Shown here piece after piece: positions 27,933 to 37,395 of a DNA stretch of 64,000 nucleotides (within the stretch, counting starts at the first letter, position 1; every line of letters begins with the position of its first letter). Position numbers and translations under genes: made by a program. The stretch lies in contig CAMCSM010000004.1 of assembly GCA_945877805.1 (NCBI GenBank), positions 1,582-65,581 on the forward strand. Direction: 5' to 3'. This stretch comes from Methylacidiphilum caldifontis (GTDB lineage: Bacteria; Verrucomicrobiota; Verrucomicrobiia; Methylacidiphilales; CAMAQI01). Under the pieces are notes generated by a model, which made no database searches, had not been told where the DNA came from, and saw only the letters and a program-made list of their open reading frames with translations.

Positions 27933-29948
27933 ATGAAAAAATTATCGAAAGAAAAGAAACCTCAAAGGCGTGAGATATTGGCGGGAGATCCGCGGGAACT
28001 CCAAGGCCAAGGGATGTATCAAGACCTTTTTCAACTCGCTCCCGTGGGGTATTGCACGCTCACCGTGGAGGGACTCATCCTTGAAGCGAATCTCACGATC
28101 ACCACTCTTTTGGGGGTTCCTAAGAGTAAACTTGTGAATTGTCCCTTCAGCTCCTTTATCCTCAAAGCGAATCAGGACGTTTTCTATCTGAATAAGGATC
28201 GACTTTTTAAAACAGGTAAATCTCAATCGTTCGATCTGCAAATAGTTCAAAATGAGGGAACCTCTTTCTGGGCGAATCTCGTGATCGCCCTCAAAAATAT
28301 TAACGAAAGATCGTTGATTTACCTGACCTTGACTAATGTCGAGGACAGAAAACAAATGGAGTTGACGCTGGCATTCACCGCGGAACAGCTTGCGCGAACT
28401 GGAAGAATCGCCAAAATTGGAGGGTGGCATCTTGATCTTCAAACCAAGAATCTTTTCTGGTCAGAAGAGACCTGTCGTATTCATGAAGTCGATCCCCCCG
28501 TCGCCCCAAGATTAGAAGAGGCGATCGGTTTTTATGCTCCTGAAGCCCAAGAGACCATCAGGGATCTCGTACAGGCTGGAATCGATCACGGAACCGATTG
28601 GGATGTGGAGTTGCCACTGATTACGGCGAACGGGCGTCGGATTTGGGTGCGCGCGCAAGGCTCTGCAGTGATGAAAGAGGGAAAAGTTGTGGAGCTTTTG
28701 GGGACTTTTCAGGATATTACGGAGCGCAGGACATTGGAAACCCAACTCCGACAAGCACAGAAAATGGAGACGATCGGTCGACTGGCGGGGGGAATCGCGC
28801 ATGATTTTAATAATATGCTCACCGTGATTCTCGGTCATGTGGAAATGGCTTTGCCTTCCTTGGCTCCCTCCGATCCCATTCATGGAGCATTTTTGGAGAT
28901 CGGACAAGCAGCAGAGCGCTCGGCAGAGCTCACCCGCCAATTGCTCGCATTTTCGCGTCAACAAATCGTAGCCCCTAAGGTCCTCTCATTGAACAATTTC
29001 GTGAATGAGACGATCCAAATGGTGAAGCGTCTCATTGGACCGAATATCACGCTGATTTGGAATCCTGCGGAGGATCTCAAGCTCGTAAAAATCGACCCGA
29101 GTCAAGTCCACCAGATCATCACCAATCTTTGCGTCAATGCCCGTGATGCGATCTCCGAGAACGGAACCATTACGATCGAAACCGGAAATCATCAAGTGAC
29201 CCCAAGCAAATTTGAAGGATCTATGGACTTGCCGCTTGGGGACTATGTGAGATTGAGCGTGCGCGATGATGGCTGTGGGATGAGCCCTGAAATCTGTGCT
29301 CACATTTTTGAGCCCTTTTATACAACAAAAGAGGTCAACAGTGGTACTGGTCTCGGTCTTGCGATGGTCTATGGGATTGTCAAACAAAACGACGGGAGCA
29401 TTCGCGTTTCGAGTCGACTCGGAGAAGGGACAACTTTCCAGATTGATCTCCCTGCCTATGACGGTGCGATGGATCCGTCGCTCCCAGAAGCAGAATCGAA
29501 AGTAAAATTTCAAGGGAGGGAGACCCTCCTGATCATCGAAGATGAATTATTGCTTCTCGATATGACCCAGCGAATGCTGGAGTCGAAAGGATACACCGTC
29601 CTCACCGCGAGCTCCCCTTCTGAGGCCCTTCGGGTGGTCGAGGTGCATGGGGAAAAAATAGATCTCCTCCTCACCGACGTCCAGATGCCTGAAATGAATG
29701 GTTGCGAGTTCTCTAAGCTTCTTCAATCCCGTTACCCCCATCTCTGCTCTCTTTTTATGTCTGGCTTCACCGCCAAAGGCTTGACGCTCGATTGGACGCT
29801 GAATGAGGGAATCGAGTTTATCGAAAAACCGTTTACGATCAATGGATTGTCGGAAAAAGTTCGTCAAATCTTAGATCAATCGACGAAATCAGAGGAGTCT
29901 AAAAAAACGGTTCCTTCCCATTTCCGGGGGAATAAAGAAATCTCTTAG
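27933..29948 (+). CDS. Hybrid sensor histidine kinase (PAS-PAS-HisKA-HATPase-receiver)
   Basis: Two PAS-like regions, H-box IAHDFNNMLTVILG, HATPase motifs (NLCVNARDA, DDGCGM, GTGLGLAMV), and a C-terminal receiver (LLIIEDE...LLLTDVQMPEMNG...IEKPF). Confidence 0.88.
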   Translation: MKKLSKEKKPQRREILAGDPRELQGQGMYQDLFQLAPVGYCTLTVEGLILEANLTITTLLGVPKSKLVNCPFSSFILKANQDVFYLNKDRLFKTGKSQSFDLQIVQNEGTSFWANLVIALKNINERSLIYLTLTNVEDRKQMELTLAFTAEQLARTGRIAKIGGWHLDLQTKNLFWSEETCRIHEVDPPVAPRLEEAIGFYAPEAQETIRDLVQAGIDHGTDWDVELPLITANGRRIWVRAQGSAVMKEGKVVELLGTFQDITERRTLETQLRQAQKMETIGRLAGGIAHDFNNMLTVILGHVEMALPSLAPSDPIHGAFLEIGQAAERSAELTRQLLAFSRQQIVAPKVLSLNNFVNETIQMVKRLIGPNITLIWNPAEDLKLVKIDPSQVHQIITNLCVNARDAISENGTITIETGNHQVTPSKFEGSMDLPLGDYVRLSVRDDGCGMSPEICAHIFEPFYTTKEVNSGTGLGLAMVYGIVKQNDGSIRVSSRLGEGTTFQIDLPAYDGAMDPSLPEAESKVKFQGRETLLIIEDELLLLDMTQRMLESKGYTVLTASSPSEALRVVEVHGEKIDLLLTDVQMPEMNGCEFSKLLQSRYPHLCSLFMSGFTAKGLTLDWTLNEGIEFIEKPFTINGLSEKVRQILDQSTKSEESKKTVPSHFRGNKEIS

Positions 29949-29969
29949 GAATGCAGGAATGCATGAAAA

Positions 29970-30015
29970 TTAACCGCAAAAGGCTCGGGAACCGAAAAGC
30001 TATTCTTCGCTGGAA
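29970..30015 (+). repeat. Module M3 (ttaaccRcaaaaggYtcgggaaccgaaaagctattcttcgctRgaa)
   Basis: 43/46 identical to 63757-63802. Both copies begin about 20 nt after a plus-strand stop codon. Confidence 0.85.
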
Positions 30016-30027
30016 CCCGAAATGTTT

Positions 30028-31602
30028 TCAGTATTTGAGATCTTGAATGAGATAAAATTCGATACTATCCGTTAGGGCGAGCCAAGAGGCATCAATGATA
30101 TTGTCGGAGACCCCAACGGTATTCCATGTCTGGGCTCCGTTGCTCGACTCAATGAGCACTCGTGTCTTTGCGGCGGTTCCGGCATTCGAGTTTAAGATGC
30201 GAACTTTATAATCGGTAAGACGGATCTCCGCAATTTTCGGATAAAATTTAACCAATGCGGCTCGTAGCGCAGCATCAAGGGCATTCACCGGCCCATCCCC
30301 CTCAGAAACAGTATAAATGGTTTCACCGTTGATCTGGATCTTTACCGTCGCTTCACAGGCATCAAAAGGATGTTCTGATTTACGTCGGAAAGAAACATGA
30401 TACTCGATGAGTTCAAAAAAGGCTTTCTTATTTTGTAACGCTTTACGAATCAGCAATTCAAAAGAGGCATCGGCCGCCTCAAATTCGTAGCCTTTATTTT
30501 CGAGATCCTTCACTTGATCCAAGATCATTTTGGTCTCGGGGGCTTTTTCATCTAAATCGATCTTAAGCTCACGGGCCTTCAGCATCACGTTGGTACGACC
30601 CGAGAGTTCTCCGATGAGAATCCGCTGCGTATTTCCGACAAGCTCGGGAGTAATATGCTCGTAACTGGTCGAGGTTTTATTGATCGCATTGACGTGCGTT
30701 CCTCCTTTGTGGGCAAAAGCGGCAGCTCCGACAAAGGGGGCCCGGATATTATGACGCTGGTTGGCGATCTCATCAACATAAAGCGAAAGTTCGCGAAGCT
30801 TCTGGAGACACTCTGAAGTGAGGAGAGAGTAGCCCATCTTCAATTGAAGATTCGGAATGATGGAGATCAGATTACAATTTCCGACGCGCTCTCCAAATCC
30901 GTTGATCGTCCCTTGGACTTGTAACGCCCCTTCTTGAACTGCCGCGAGCGCATTGGCGACACCACAGCCACTATCATCATGAGTATGAATTCCTAATTTT
31001 GTCGGAACTAAAGGAATTAAAAAACGAACAATTTCAGAAATTTGAGTGGGGAGAGTTCCTCCATTCGTATCACAAAGAACGACATAGTCGGCTCCCGCTT
31101 GGGCCGCGGCCTGGAGGCATTGAGTCGCATACTCCGGAGAGTTCTTAAAGCCATCGAAAGCATGCTCGGCATCATAAATCACTTCGCGCCCGTGGGATTT
31201 AAGAAAACGAACCGTATCCGCGATCATCGCCAGATTTTCTTCAGGGGTTGTTCTCAAGACCTCCGTGACATGAAGAAGCCACGTCTTGCCGTAGATCGTG
31301 ACGACCGGAGTTTCAGACTCAAGAAGAAGCCTCACTTGCAGATCCTCCTCAACCTTGATCCCTGCCTTGCGAGTACTTCCGAAGGCAGCCAATTTTGCGG
31401 TCTTAAGCTTTAACGATTTTGCGTGCTGAAAGAATTCGATATCTTTGGGATTCGATCCCGGCCATCCCCCTTCAATATAATGCACCCCAAAAAGATCGAG
31501 ACGTTCTGCAATTCGAATCTTGTCTGCCAACGATAAATTGATTCCCTCTCCCTGCGTTCCATCTCGCAGGGTCGTATCGTAGATCGTGACCGGTTTTTGC
31601 AT
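30028..31602 (-). CDS. cimA: (R)-citramalate synthase / LeuA-family aldolase
   Basis: IYDTTLRDGTQGEGINLSLADKIRIAERLD..YIEGGWPGSNPKD, HTHDDSGCGVANALAAV, and a C-terminal LeuA-dimer-type regulatory domain. Length of 524 aa and the N-terminal pattern fit CimA-type enzymes. Confidence 0.75.
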   Translation of the reverse strand: MQKPVTIYDTTLRDGTQGEGINLSLADKIRIAERLDLFGVHYIEGGWPGSNPKDIEFFQHAKSLKLKTAKLAAFGSTRKAGIKVEEDLQVRLLLESETPVVTIYGKTWLLHVTEVLRTTPEENLAMIADTVRFLKSHGREVIYDAEHAFDGFKNSPEYATQCLQAAAQAGADYVVLCDTNGGTLPTQISEIVRFLIPLVPTKLGIHTHDDSGCGVANALAAVQEGALQVQGTINGFGERVGNCNLISIIPNLQLKMGYSLLTSECLQKLRELSLYVDEIANQRHNIRAPFVGAAAFAHKGGTHVNAINKTSTSYEHITPELVGNTQRILIGELSGRTNVMLKARELKIDLDEKAPETKMILDQVKDLENKGYEFEAADASFELLIRKALQNKKAFFELIEYHVSFRRKSEHPFDACEATVKIQINGETIYTVSEGDGPVNALDAALRAALVKFYPKIAEIRLTDYKVRILNSNAGTAAKTRVLIESSNGAQTWNTVGVSDNIIDASWLALTDSIEFYLIQDLKY

Positions 31603-31790
31603 AAGAGGAGGAGAAATAGCCGATTTTCCTTAAAAGACAAGGATTCCAAAGTATCAGGCTACTCGGCTAACAGGCTATCAAGCTTCCCTTCTTCCCCATT
31701 AGCCTCAAAAGCAGAATCGTTTTTGACAGGGCGATAGAAATCTATTTAACGGGCTTGCAAAATCGGTGCGATGGCTCAAAGTTTAATGCT

Positions 31791-32195
31791 ATGTCAGAAA
31801 TCTCTGAGTACACACGTCACGGTTCAGCAACCATTACCCCTCGCGTCTTAAAAGATTTGATGCACAAACTCCCGCTTTTAAAGGCGGAGTTTACACAGAT
31901 CCATGCCCCTAAGTTCCCTCATCTCGTCGATCAATTGGAGTTCTTAGCGGATGTCGTGGAGGATGTCATGGAAGATGCTTATCTCGATCTTCCTTACGAA
32001 GCGTTGGCCATGGCCTCTTTCGCTTTGATTTATGTTCATAAACAAATGGATCTCATTCCAGATAGCGTTCCCGTTTGGGGGCTTTTGGATGACTCGCTAG
32101 TTGTTCGCTCGGTTCTCTTGGAGCATGAACAGGACTTTAAAGCTTACGCAGCAATTCTTGGCTTTGATTGGTCGAGGGTTACTACTAAAGCGTAA
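31791..32195 (+). CDS. DUF1232 (YkvA-like) protein
   Basis: DLIPDSVPVWGLLDDSLVVRSVL matches the DUF1232 core motif. ATG at 31791. Confidence 0.6.
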   Translation: MSEISEYTRHGSATITPRVLKDLMHKLPLLKAEFTQIHAPKFPHLVDQLEFLADVVEDVMEDAYLDLPYEALAMASFALIYVHKQMDLIPDSVPVWGLLDDSLVVRSVLLEHEQDFKAYAAILGFDWSRVTTKA

Positions 32196-32210
32196 GCCTT
32201 TCTTAACTCA

Positions 32211-32831
32211 ATGAACACCCGCTTGGGCTCTTTTCCCTACGAAGCCCGTTTTCTCTACCTCGATAATCTTTTTGATCGTATTGAATGGCAGGGGCTATTT
32301 CAAAATGAACAGCCCGTTCATATTGACCTCGGTGCTGGGGATGGCGGTTATACCGCCGCAATGGCTCAGAAACATCCTGGGATCAACTTTCTTGCGGTCG
32401 AACGACTCAAAGGAAGGGCGATCAAGATTGCTAAAAAATCGGTTCGTTTCCATTGTCCAAATCTTCGCGTGATTCGTTTAGAGTCGGCTTATCTGATTCG
32501 CTGGCTCATCAAACCGGCCTCGATCGAGGCGGTTCACCTCTTATTTCCCGATCCGTGGCCGAAGCGAAAGCAACAAAAATTCCGTCTGCTTCAACCGGAG
32601 TTTGTGGTCGATCTCGTGAAAGCGATTAAACCGGGAGGTTATTTTCATTTTGCAACTGATCATGAAGAGTATTTTGAAATTGGCACCTTAGCCGTTGATC
32701 AAAATCCCAATTTCGAACGGGTCGAAAGTTCTCCTTGGGGAGAACTTCCCCAGACCGATTTCGAAAAGCAATGGGTTTCTCAGGGGAAAAAAATCGGCAG
32801 AGCTTTTTGGAGACGACGAGATAAGGAATAA
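32211..32831 (+). CDS. trmB: tRNA (guanine46-N7)-methyltransferase
   Basis: DLGAGDGGYTAAMA SAM-binding motif and LFPDPWPKRKQQKFRL, the TrmB signature. Confidence 0.88.
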   Translation: MNTRLGSFPYEARFLYLDNLFDRIEWQGLFQNEQPVHIDLGAGDGGYTAAMAQKHPGINFLAVERLKGRAIKIAKKSVRFHCPNLRVIRLESAYLIRWLIKPASIEAVHLLFPDPWPKRKQQKFRLLQPEFVVDLVKAIKPGGYFHFATDHEEYFEIGTLAVDQNPNFERVESSPWGELPQTDFEKQWVSQGKKIGRAFWRRRDKE

Positions 32832-32937
32832 AACCCAGAATTTTTGTATTCTGCGAAGCAAATTTCGTAGGTGGGGATTGACTTTCCGATGTCATGCTCT
32901 AGCAAAAAATCATTAATTTTAACAGGAAGTAGAAAAT

Positions 32938-34083
32938 ATGAGTGCAACGCCCGCTGTTTATAACCGTAATAATCCGTTTATGGCCTCGATTAAAGAGAAT
33001 CGTCTTCTCAATAAGGCCGGTTCGGAAAAGGATACTCGACATATCGTTGTCGATACCGCCGGCCAGGTTCCCTATCATGTCGGAGATTCGCTGGGGGTGA
33101 TTCCTCGTAATGTTCCGGCTGTGGTTGCAGATTTAATCGGCAAATTAAAGCTCGATCCGGAGACCCCGGTTCCTGCGGCGAATAATACTACGGTCACTCT
33201 GAAGGAGGCGTTGTCTTCTCAGTATATTTTGAATCGGGCGAGTAAGAAGTTCGTGAAGGGGATTGTGGAAAAGATTCCTGCCGGGGCTAAGAAGGAGGAG
33301 ATCACGGCGTTGATCGCCAATGAGCCAGCTTTGGATGAATATGTTTTTTCGAGAGATTATGTCGATGTCTTGAATGAGTGCGCAGGGGTGGAGTTGAGTG
33401 CGGTGGAGCTTTTAGGATTGGTGAATAAGGTCGCTCCTCGACTTTATTCGATCGCTTCTTCTTCAGTGGTTTATCCGAATGAGGTTCATTTGACCGTTGC
33501 TGTGGTGAAGTATGAGAGTCACGGTCGTCCGAAGATGGGGATCGCCTCTGGATATCTCGGCTATCATTCGGAGTCTGTTTTGACCCCTGTTTATACTCAG
33601 CCGACCCGTCATTTCCATTTGCCGCCGTTGGATAAGAATATCATTATGGTGGGACCGGGAACGGGGATTGCACCGTTTCGTGCCTTTTTGCAGGAACGCA
33701 AGGCGACAGGGGCAACCGGGAAGAACTGGCTTTATTTTGGAGATCAACGTCGTGCGACCGATTATTTGTACGAAGAGGAGCTGGAAGGGGCGGTCAAAGA
33801 GGGCTCGCTGCATCAGCTTGATTTGGCCTTCTCACGGGATCAGGCCGAGAAGATCTACGTCCAGACTCGGATGATGGAAAAGAGTGCTGAGATGTGGAAA
33901 TGGATTCAAGAGGGGGCTTATTTCTACGTCTGTGGAGATGCCAAGAGAATGGCGAGGGATGTGCATCAGGCGTTAATTGATATCGCCAAGAAAGAGGGGG
34001 GACTCTCTCAAGAGGCTGCGGAAGCCTATATCAATGTGACCTTTACGAAAGAGGAGAAACGTTATCTCAAGGACGTTTATTAA
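32938..34083 (+). CDS. CysJ-like FAD/NADPH oxidoreductase (FNR-type module only, no flavodoxin domain)
   Basis: RLYSIASS (FAD-binding RxYS), GPGTGIAPFRAF (NADPH-binding), YFYVCGDAKRMARDV and the terminal YLKDVY, as in sulfite reductase flavoprotein and CPR C-terminal halves. At 381 aa it is too short to include the FMN domain. Confidence 0.8.
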   Translation: MSATPAVYNRNNPFMASIKENRLLNKAGSEKDTRHIVVDTAGQVPYHVGDSLGVIPRNVPAVVADLIGKLKLDPETPVPAANNTTVTLKEALSSQYILNRASKKFVKGIVEKIPAGAKKEEITALIANEPALDEYVFSRDYVDVLNECAGVELSAVELLGLVNKVAPRLYSIASSSVVYPNEVHLTVAVVKYESHGRPKMGIASGYLGYHSESVLTPVYTQPTRHFHLPPLDKNIIMVGPGTGIAPFRAFLQERKATGATGKNWLYFGDQRRATDYLYEEELEGAVKEGSLHQLDLAFSRDQAEKIYVQTRMMEKSAEMWKWIQEGAYFYVCGDAKRMARDVHQALIDIAKKEGGLSQEAAEAYINVTFTKEEKRYLKDVY

Positions 34084-34172
34084 GAAATAATCAGGGAAGC
34101 CCGGTTTCCTTTTGAAAAAAGTGATATTTTTTACTTTACCTTCAAAATGAACTGGCTAGCAAAGGAATCCTT

Positions 34173-34328
34173 ATGGCACTTCATAGCAGTCTTCGTAGTT
34201 CATCGACAACCTCCGCAAAACGGAACGTTTTAAAACGTTTCGAACGCGTTGAATTGATCAAAAAGCGTGGTCAATGGAAAGAGGATATGAAAGTAATTGG
34301 TCTTCCGAAAACAAAGCCGGAAGCTTAA
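34173..34328 (+). CDS. Small basic protein, 51 aa (below the ORF-track length cut-off)
   Basis: AAAGGAA RBS at 34161-34167, then ATG at 34173. It encodes MALHSSLRSSSTTSAKRNVLKRFERVELIKKRGQWKEDMKVIGLPKTKPEA. From memory this resembles the conserved 'small basic protein' family seen in PVC bacteria. A strong terminator follows. Confidence 0.6.
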   Translation: MALHSSLRSSSTTSAKRNVLKRFERVELIKKRGQWKEDMKVIGLPKTKPEA

Positions 34329-34358
34329 TTTTTTTCCTCTTCATTAAAAATCAATTTC

Positions 34359-34406
34359 GATAGGATCTTCTCCTCGCTTTTTGAGGAAAAGATCCTATCT
34401 CTTTTC
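34359..34406 (+). terminator. Rho-independent terminator
   Basis: 17-bp stem gataggatcttctcctc / gaggaaaagatcctatc with one mismatch, a 7-nt loop, then the T-rich tract tcttttc. Confidence 0.8.
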
Positions 34407-34407
34407 T

Positions 34408-35106
34408 GTGAGAATTAACCAATTTTTAGCCCGTGCAGGGTACGGCTCTCGGCGCGCTTGTGAAGAACTTGTCGCCCAAGGGGCGGTCATGATTAATGGC
34501 GAGATCATTCAAGTCCTTGCGACGCAGGTGAATCCAGGGGACAAGGTGAAGGTCAATGGCTGTCACGTTGCGGTGAGTGATCAAACGATCACGGTGGCGA
34601 TGAATAAGCCGAAGAGTTATGTGTGTACGATGGATGATCCTCAAGATCGCCGTCGGATTTATGATTTATTGCCGAGCGATTTTCCTCGGGTGGTTTCGAT
34701 TGGGCGTTTGGATTATGACAGTGAGGGATTGATTCTCCTGACGAGCGATGGGGATCTTGCAAATGAATTGACGCATCCGAGCTCTAAAGTTCCGAAGACT
34801 TATGAAGTGGTGTTGGACCGTGATTTTGATTTTGAACTCTCTCCCCGTTTGAAGAAAGGGATTAATGTAGAGGGGAAAAGAGCGCGGATGGAGTCGATCC
34901 ATCGGATTGGACCGAAACAGTTACGGGTCGTTTTGACTCAGGGAATTAAGCGTCAAATTCGCTGGATGTTTTTTAAAGTTGGATACAAAGTGAAGAACCT
35001 GAAGCGGGTCCAGATTGGTAAATTCGAACTGGGTCGAATTCCGCTTGGAAAATGCAAAGTTTTGACACCTGAGGAGATCCAACAATGTCGAAGTCGAATG
35101 GCGTAA
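34408..35106 (+). CDS. Pseudouridine synthase, RsuA/RluB family (S4 domain plus catalytic domain)
   Basis: VRINQFLARAGYGSRRACEELV is the S4 domain and GRLDYDSEGLILLT is the catalytic-Asp motif. I moved the start to the in-frame GTG at 34408 because the track's TTG at 34381 lies inside the terminator hairpin. Confidence 0.85.
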   Translation: MRINQFLARAGYGSRRACEELVAQGAVMINGEIIQVLATQVNPGDKVKVNGCHVAVSDQTITVAMNKPKSYVCTMDDPQDRRRIYDLLPSDFPRVVSIGRLDYDSEGLILLTSDGDLANELTHPSSKVPKTYEVVLDRDFDFELSPRLKKGINVEGKRARMESIHRIGPKQLRVVLTQGIKRQIRWMFFKVGYKVKNLKRVQIGKFELGRIPLGKCKVLTPEEIQQCRSRMA

Positions 35107-36509
35107 AGAAGCGGGCAACAAAAGTTGCGAAAACTCAGTCTCAATCTCTTTGGGGGGGGCGTTTTGCCGAAAACCCTGCGGAGTTGCTTCAAAAATATTC
35201 TGAATCGGTCTCCTTTGATTGGCGTTTATATCGTCATGATATTCGCGGAAGTATTGCCCATGCGCGGATGTTGCAGAAGATTAAGGTTTTAACGGCTGGG
35301 GAATTTAAGGCGATTGAGGCGGGGCTGCTTCAGATTGAGAAAGAGATCTCTGAAGGAAAGTTTGTTTGGTGTGTCGATCGTGAAGATGTTCATATGAATA
35401 TCGAGGCGACCTTAACGAGCCGAGTCCCTGCGGGAGCAAAGTTACATACCGCTCGTAGTCGCAATGATCAGGTGGCGACCGATGTCCGTCTTTGGGTGCG
35501 AGATCAGATTTCTCAGAATCTTCATGCGATTCGATTTCTGCAAAAAACTTTAGTGGCTTGGGGGCAAAAGGATCTTCAGGTGATTATTCCTGGATTTACC
35601 CATCTTCAACGGGCCCAACCGGTTTTATTGGCGCATCACTTATTGGCTTATGTCGAAATGCTCGATCGGGATGCGGGACGATTGATCGATGCGCAGAAGC
35701 GGATGAATTTTCTTCCGTTGGGGAGCGGTGCGATTGCGGGGAGTACGATTGCCTTGGATCGGGAGTTTGTGGCGCAGCAGTTAGGATTTGAGGGGATCAC
35801 GCGAAATTCGATGGATGCGGTGAGTGATCGCGATTTTGTCGTTGAGTATTTGAGTGCCGTGGCACTGTGTGGGGTTCATCTTTCACGGCTTTCTGAGGAT
35901 TTGATCCTTTGGTCGAGTGCGGAGTTTGGATGGATTCGACTTTCGGATGCCTTTACCACGGGATCGAGTTTGATGCCGCAAAAAAAGAATCCGGATGTAG
36001 CCGAGCTTTGTCGTGGGAAGTCGGGGCGATTGATTGGAAATCTCGTCTCCCTTTTAGTTCTTCTGAAGGGATTGCCGATGACTTATAATCGCGATCTCCA
36101 AGAGGATAAGGAGCGGCTTTTTGATTCTGCGGATACCTTGCAGATGAGTTTAGAGATCATGGCCGCGATGCTCCAGCAGGTGGAGGTTCATGGGGCGAAG
36201 TGCCGTGAGGCGGCCTCGGATCCGTTGCTTTTAGCGACCGACCTTGCCGATTATTTAGTCAATAAAGGGGTTCCTTTTCGTCATGCTCATGAAATCGTCG
36301 GCAGAGCGGTGGCCTTGGCAGAGAAGCTTAAGGTTCCGTTGAATCAACTTGAAATGGCGGAGTGGAAGAATTTGAGTCCTCATTTTGGATCGGATATTCA
36401 AAACGTTTTTCAATTAGAGAACGCATTGAAGCGTCGTCCGATGGTCGGAGCCCCAAATCCAAAAAGAGTCGAGCAAGAGATTCAGCGCTGGAATAAACGT
36501 TTATCGTAA
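35085..36509 (+). CDS. argH: Argininosuccinate lyase
   Basis: LWGGRF, TARSRNDQVATD, GFTHLQRAQP and GSSLMPQKKNPD (the fumarate-lyase signature). Confidence 0.92.
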   Translation: MSKSNGVKKRATKVAKTQSQSLWGGRFAENPAELLQKYSESVSFDWRLYRHDIRGSIAHARMLQKIKVLTAGEFKAIEAGLLQIEKEISEGKFVWCVDREDVHMNIEATLTSRVPAGAKLHTARSRNDQVATDVRLWVRDQISQNLHAIRFLQKTLVAWGQKDLQVIIPGFTHLQRAQPVLLAHHLLAYVEMLDRDAGRLIDAQKRMNFLPLGSGAIAGSTIALDREFVAQQLGFEGITRNSMDAVSDRDFVVEYLSAVALCGVHLSRLSEDLILWSSAEFGWIRLSDAFTTGSSLMPQKKNPDVAELCRGKSGRLIGNLVSLLVLLKGLPMTYNRDLQEDKERLFDSADTLQMSLEIMAAMLQQVEVHGAKCREAASDPLLLATDLADYLVNKGVPFRHAHEIVGRAVALAEKLKVPLNQLEMAEWKNLSPHFGSDIQNVFQLENALKRRPMVGAPNPKRVEQEIQRWNKRLS

Positions 36510-36551
36510 GCGGAGTTGAAAAATCAGGATGCTCTTTCAGAGGATAAAAGA

Positions 36552-37382
36552 ATGAACCCTTGGTTTTCCTCCTTTGATTGTCTTGCTCCTGGAGATCAAA
36601 AATCGAGAGAGTTTGAGGGAGATGGAGTTGCGGTCACCTCGATTGAGTCATCGGATCATCCGTTGTTTGAACGGGCTTTTGCTGCCCTTTGGAGAGAGTT
36701 CGGAGAGAAGGCGGAGATTGAGCAGAGGTCGGTAATTCAGTCACGATTTGAATGGCAGGGGAGGCCGTTGAGTTCTGGGGCTCGCTATTTTTATCAACTT
36801 TTATGGATTGAAAAAGAGGGGGTTCCTTTAGGGGTGCGCGATCACACCGTGATCACTCATTCGGATCATCATCGGGTTATTGTTCATCTTTCTCATAATC
36901 TTCTTTTTCCTGTGTCGCGTCGAACGGGCTTGGCGGGGTGGATGAGGGCTTGGCCGTTGGTGTTTGCGAAGCGTTGTCAAAAGGAGTGGGGGATTGATCT
37001 TCCGATCACGTTGGTGGCAGAGATGGAGCCGATACAAATCGATAGTCCTGAACGATTGCCCCGATTGATCTCTGTTGAAAGAGCTGGTTTTTTGAAGATT
37101 GGTGAGTGGAATTATTTGCAGCCGGATTTTCGAGATCCTGCGGCGATTGATTCCTTAGGAGGGTCCGTTCCGTTGGAGATGAGTCTGGTGATTCGTCGAG
37201 TGGGAGAGGAGGGGATTGAGATGATTTCAGGGGAGGAACTTCACGGGTTAGCGAGGGGTCTCTATCGGATGTATGGGAGGGGTTTTCGAGAGCAGGAGAT
37301 GAGAGGCCCTTGGGAAAGAGAGGGAGCGATTGAGGGCCAGAAGGGTTATCCGCTTGTGAAACCGACTTTCTCCTCGCGCTGA
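36552..37382 (+). CDS. Hypothetical protein, possibly GNAT-like
   Basis: No confident family match. FPVSRRTGLAGWMRAW loosely resembles GNAT motif A (R-x-x-G-x-A). The start is ambiguous between the TTG at 36516 and the ATG at 36552. Confidence 0.45.
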   Translation: MNPWFSSFDCLAPGDQKSREFEGDGVAVTSIESSDHPLFERAFAALWREFGEKAEIEQRSVIQSRFEWQGRPLSSGARYFYQLLWIEKEGVPLGVRDHTVITHSDHHRVIVHLSHNLLFPVSRRTGLAGWMRAWPLVFAKRCQKEWGIDLPITLVAEMEPIQIDSPERLPRLISVERAGFLKIGEWNYLQPDFRDPAAIDSLGGSVPLEMSLVIRRVGEEGIEMISGEELHGLARGLYRMYGRGFREQEMRGPWEREGAIEGQKGYPLVKPTFSSR

Positions 37383-37395
37383 GAAAGAAGGGTTG

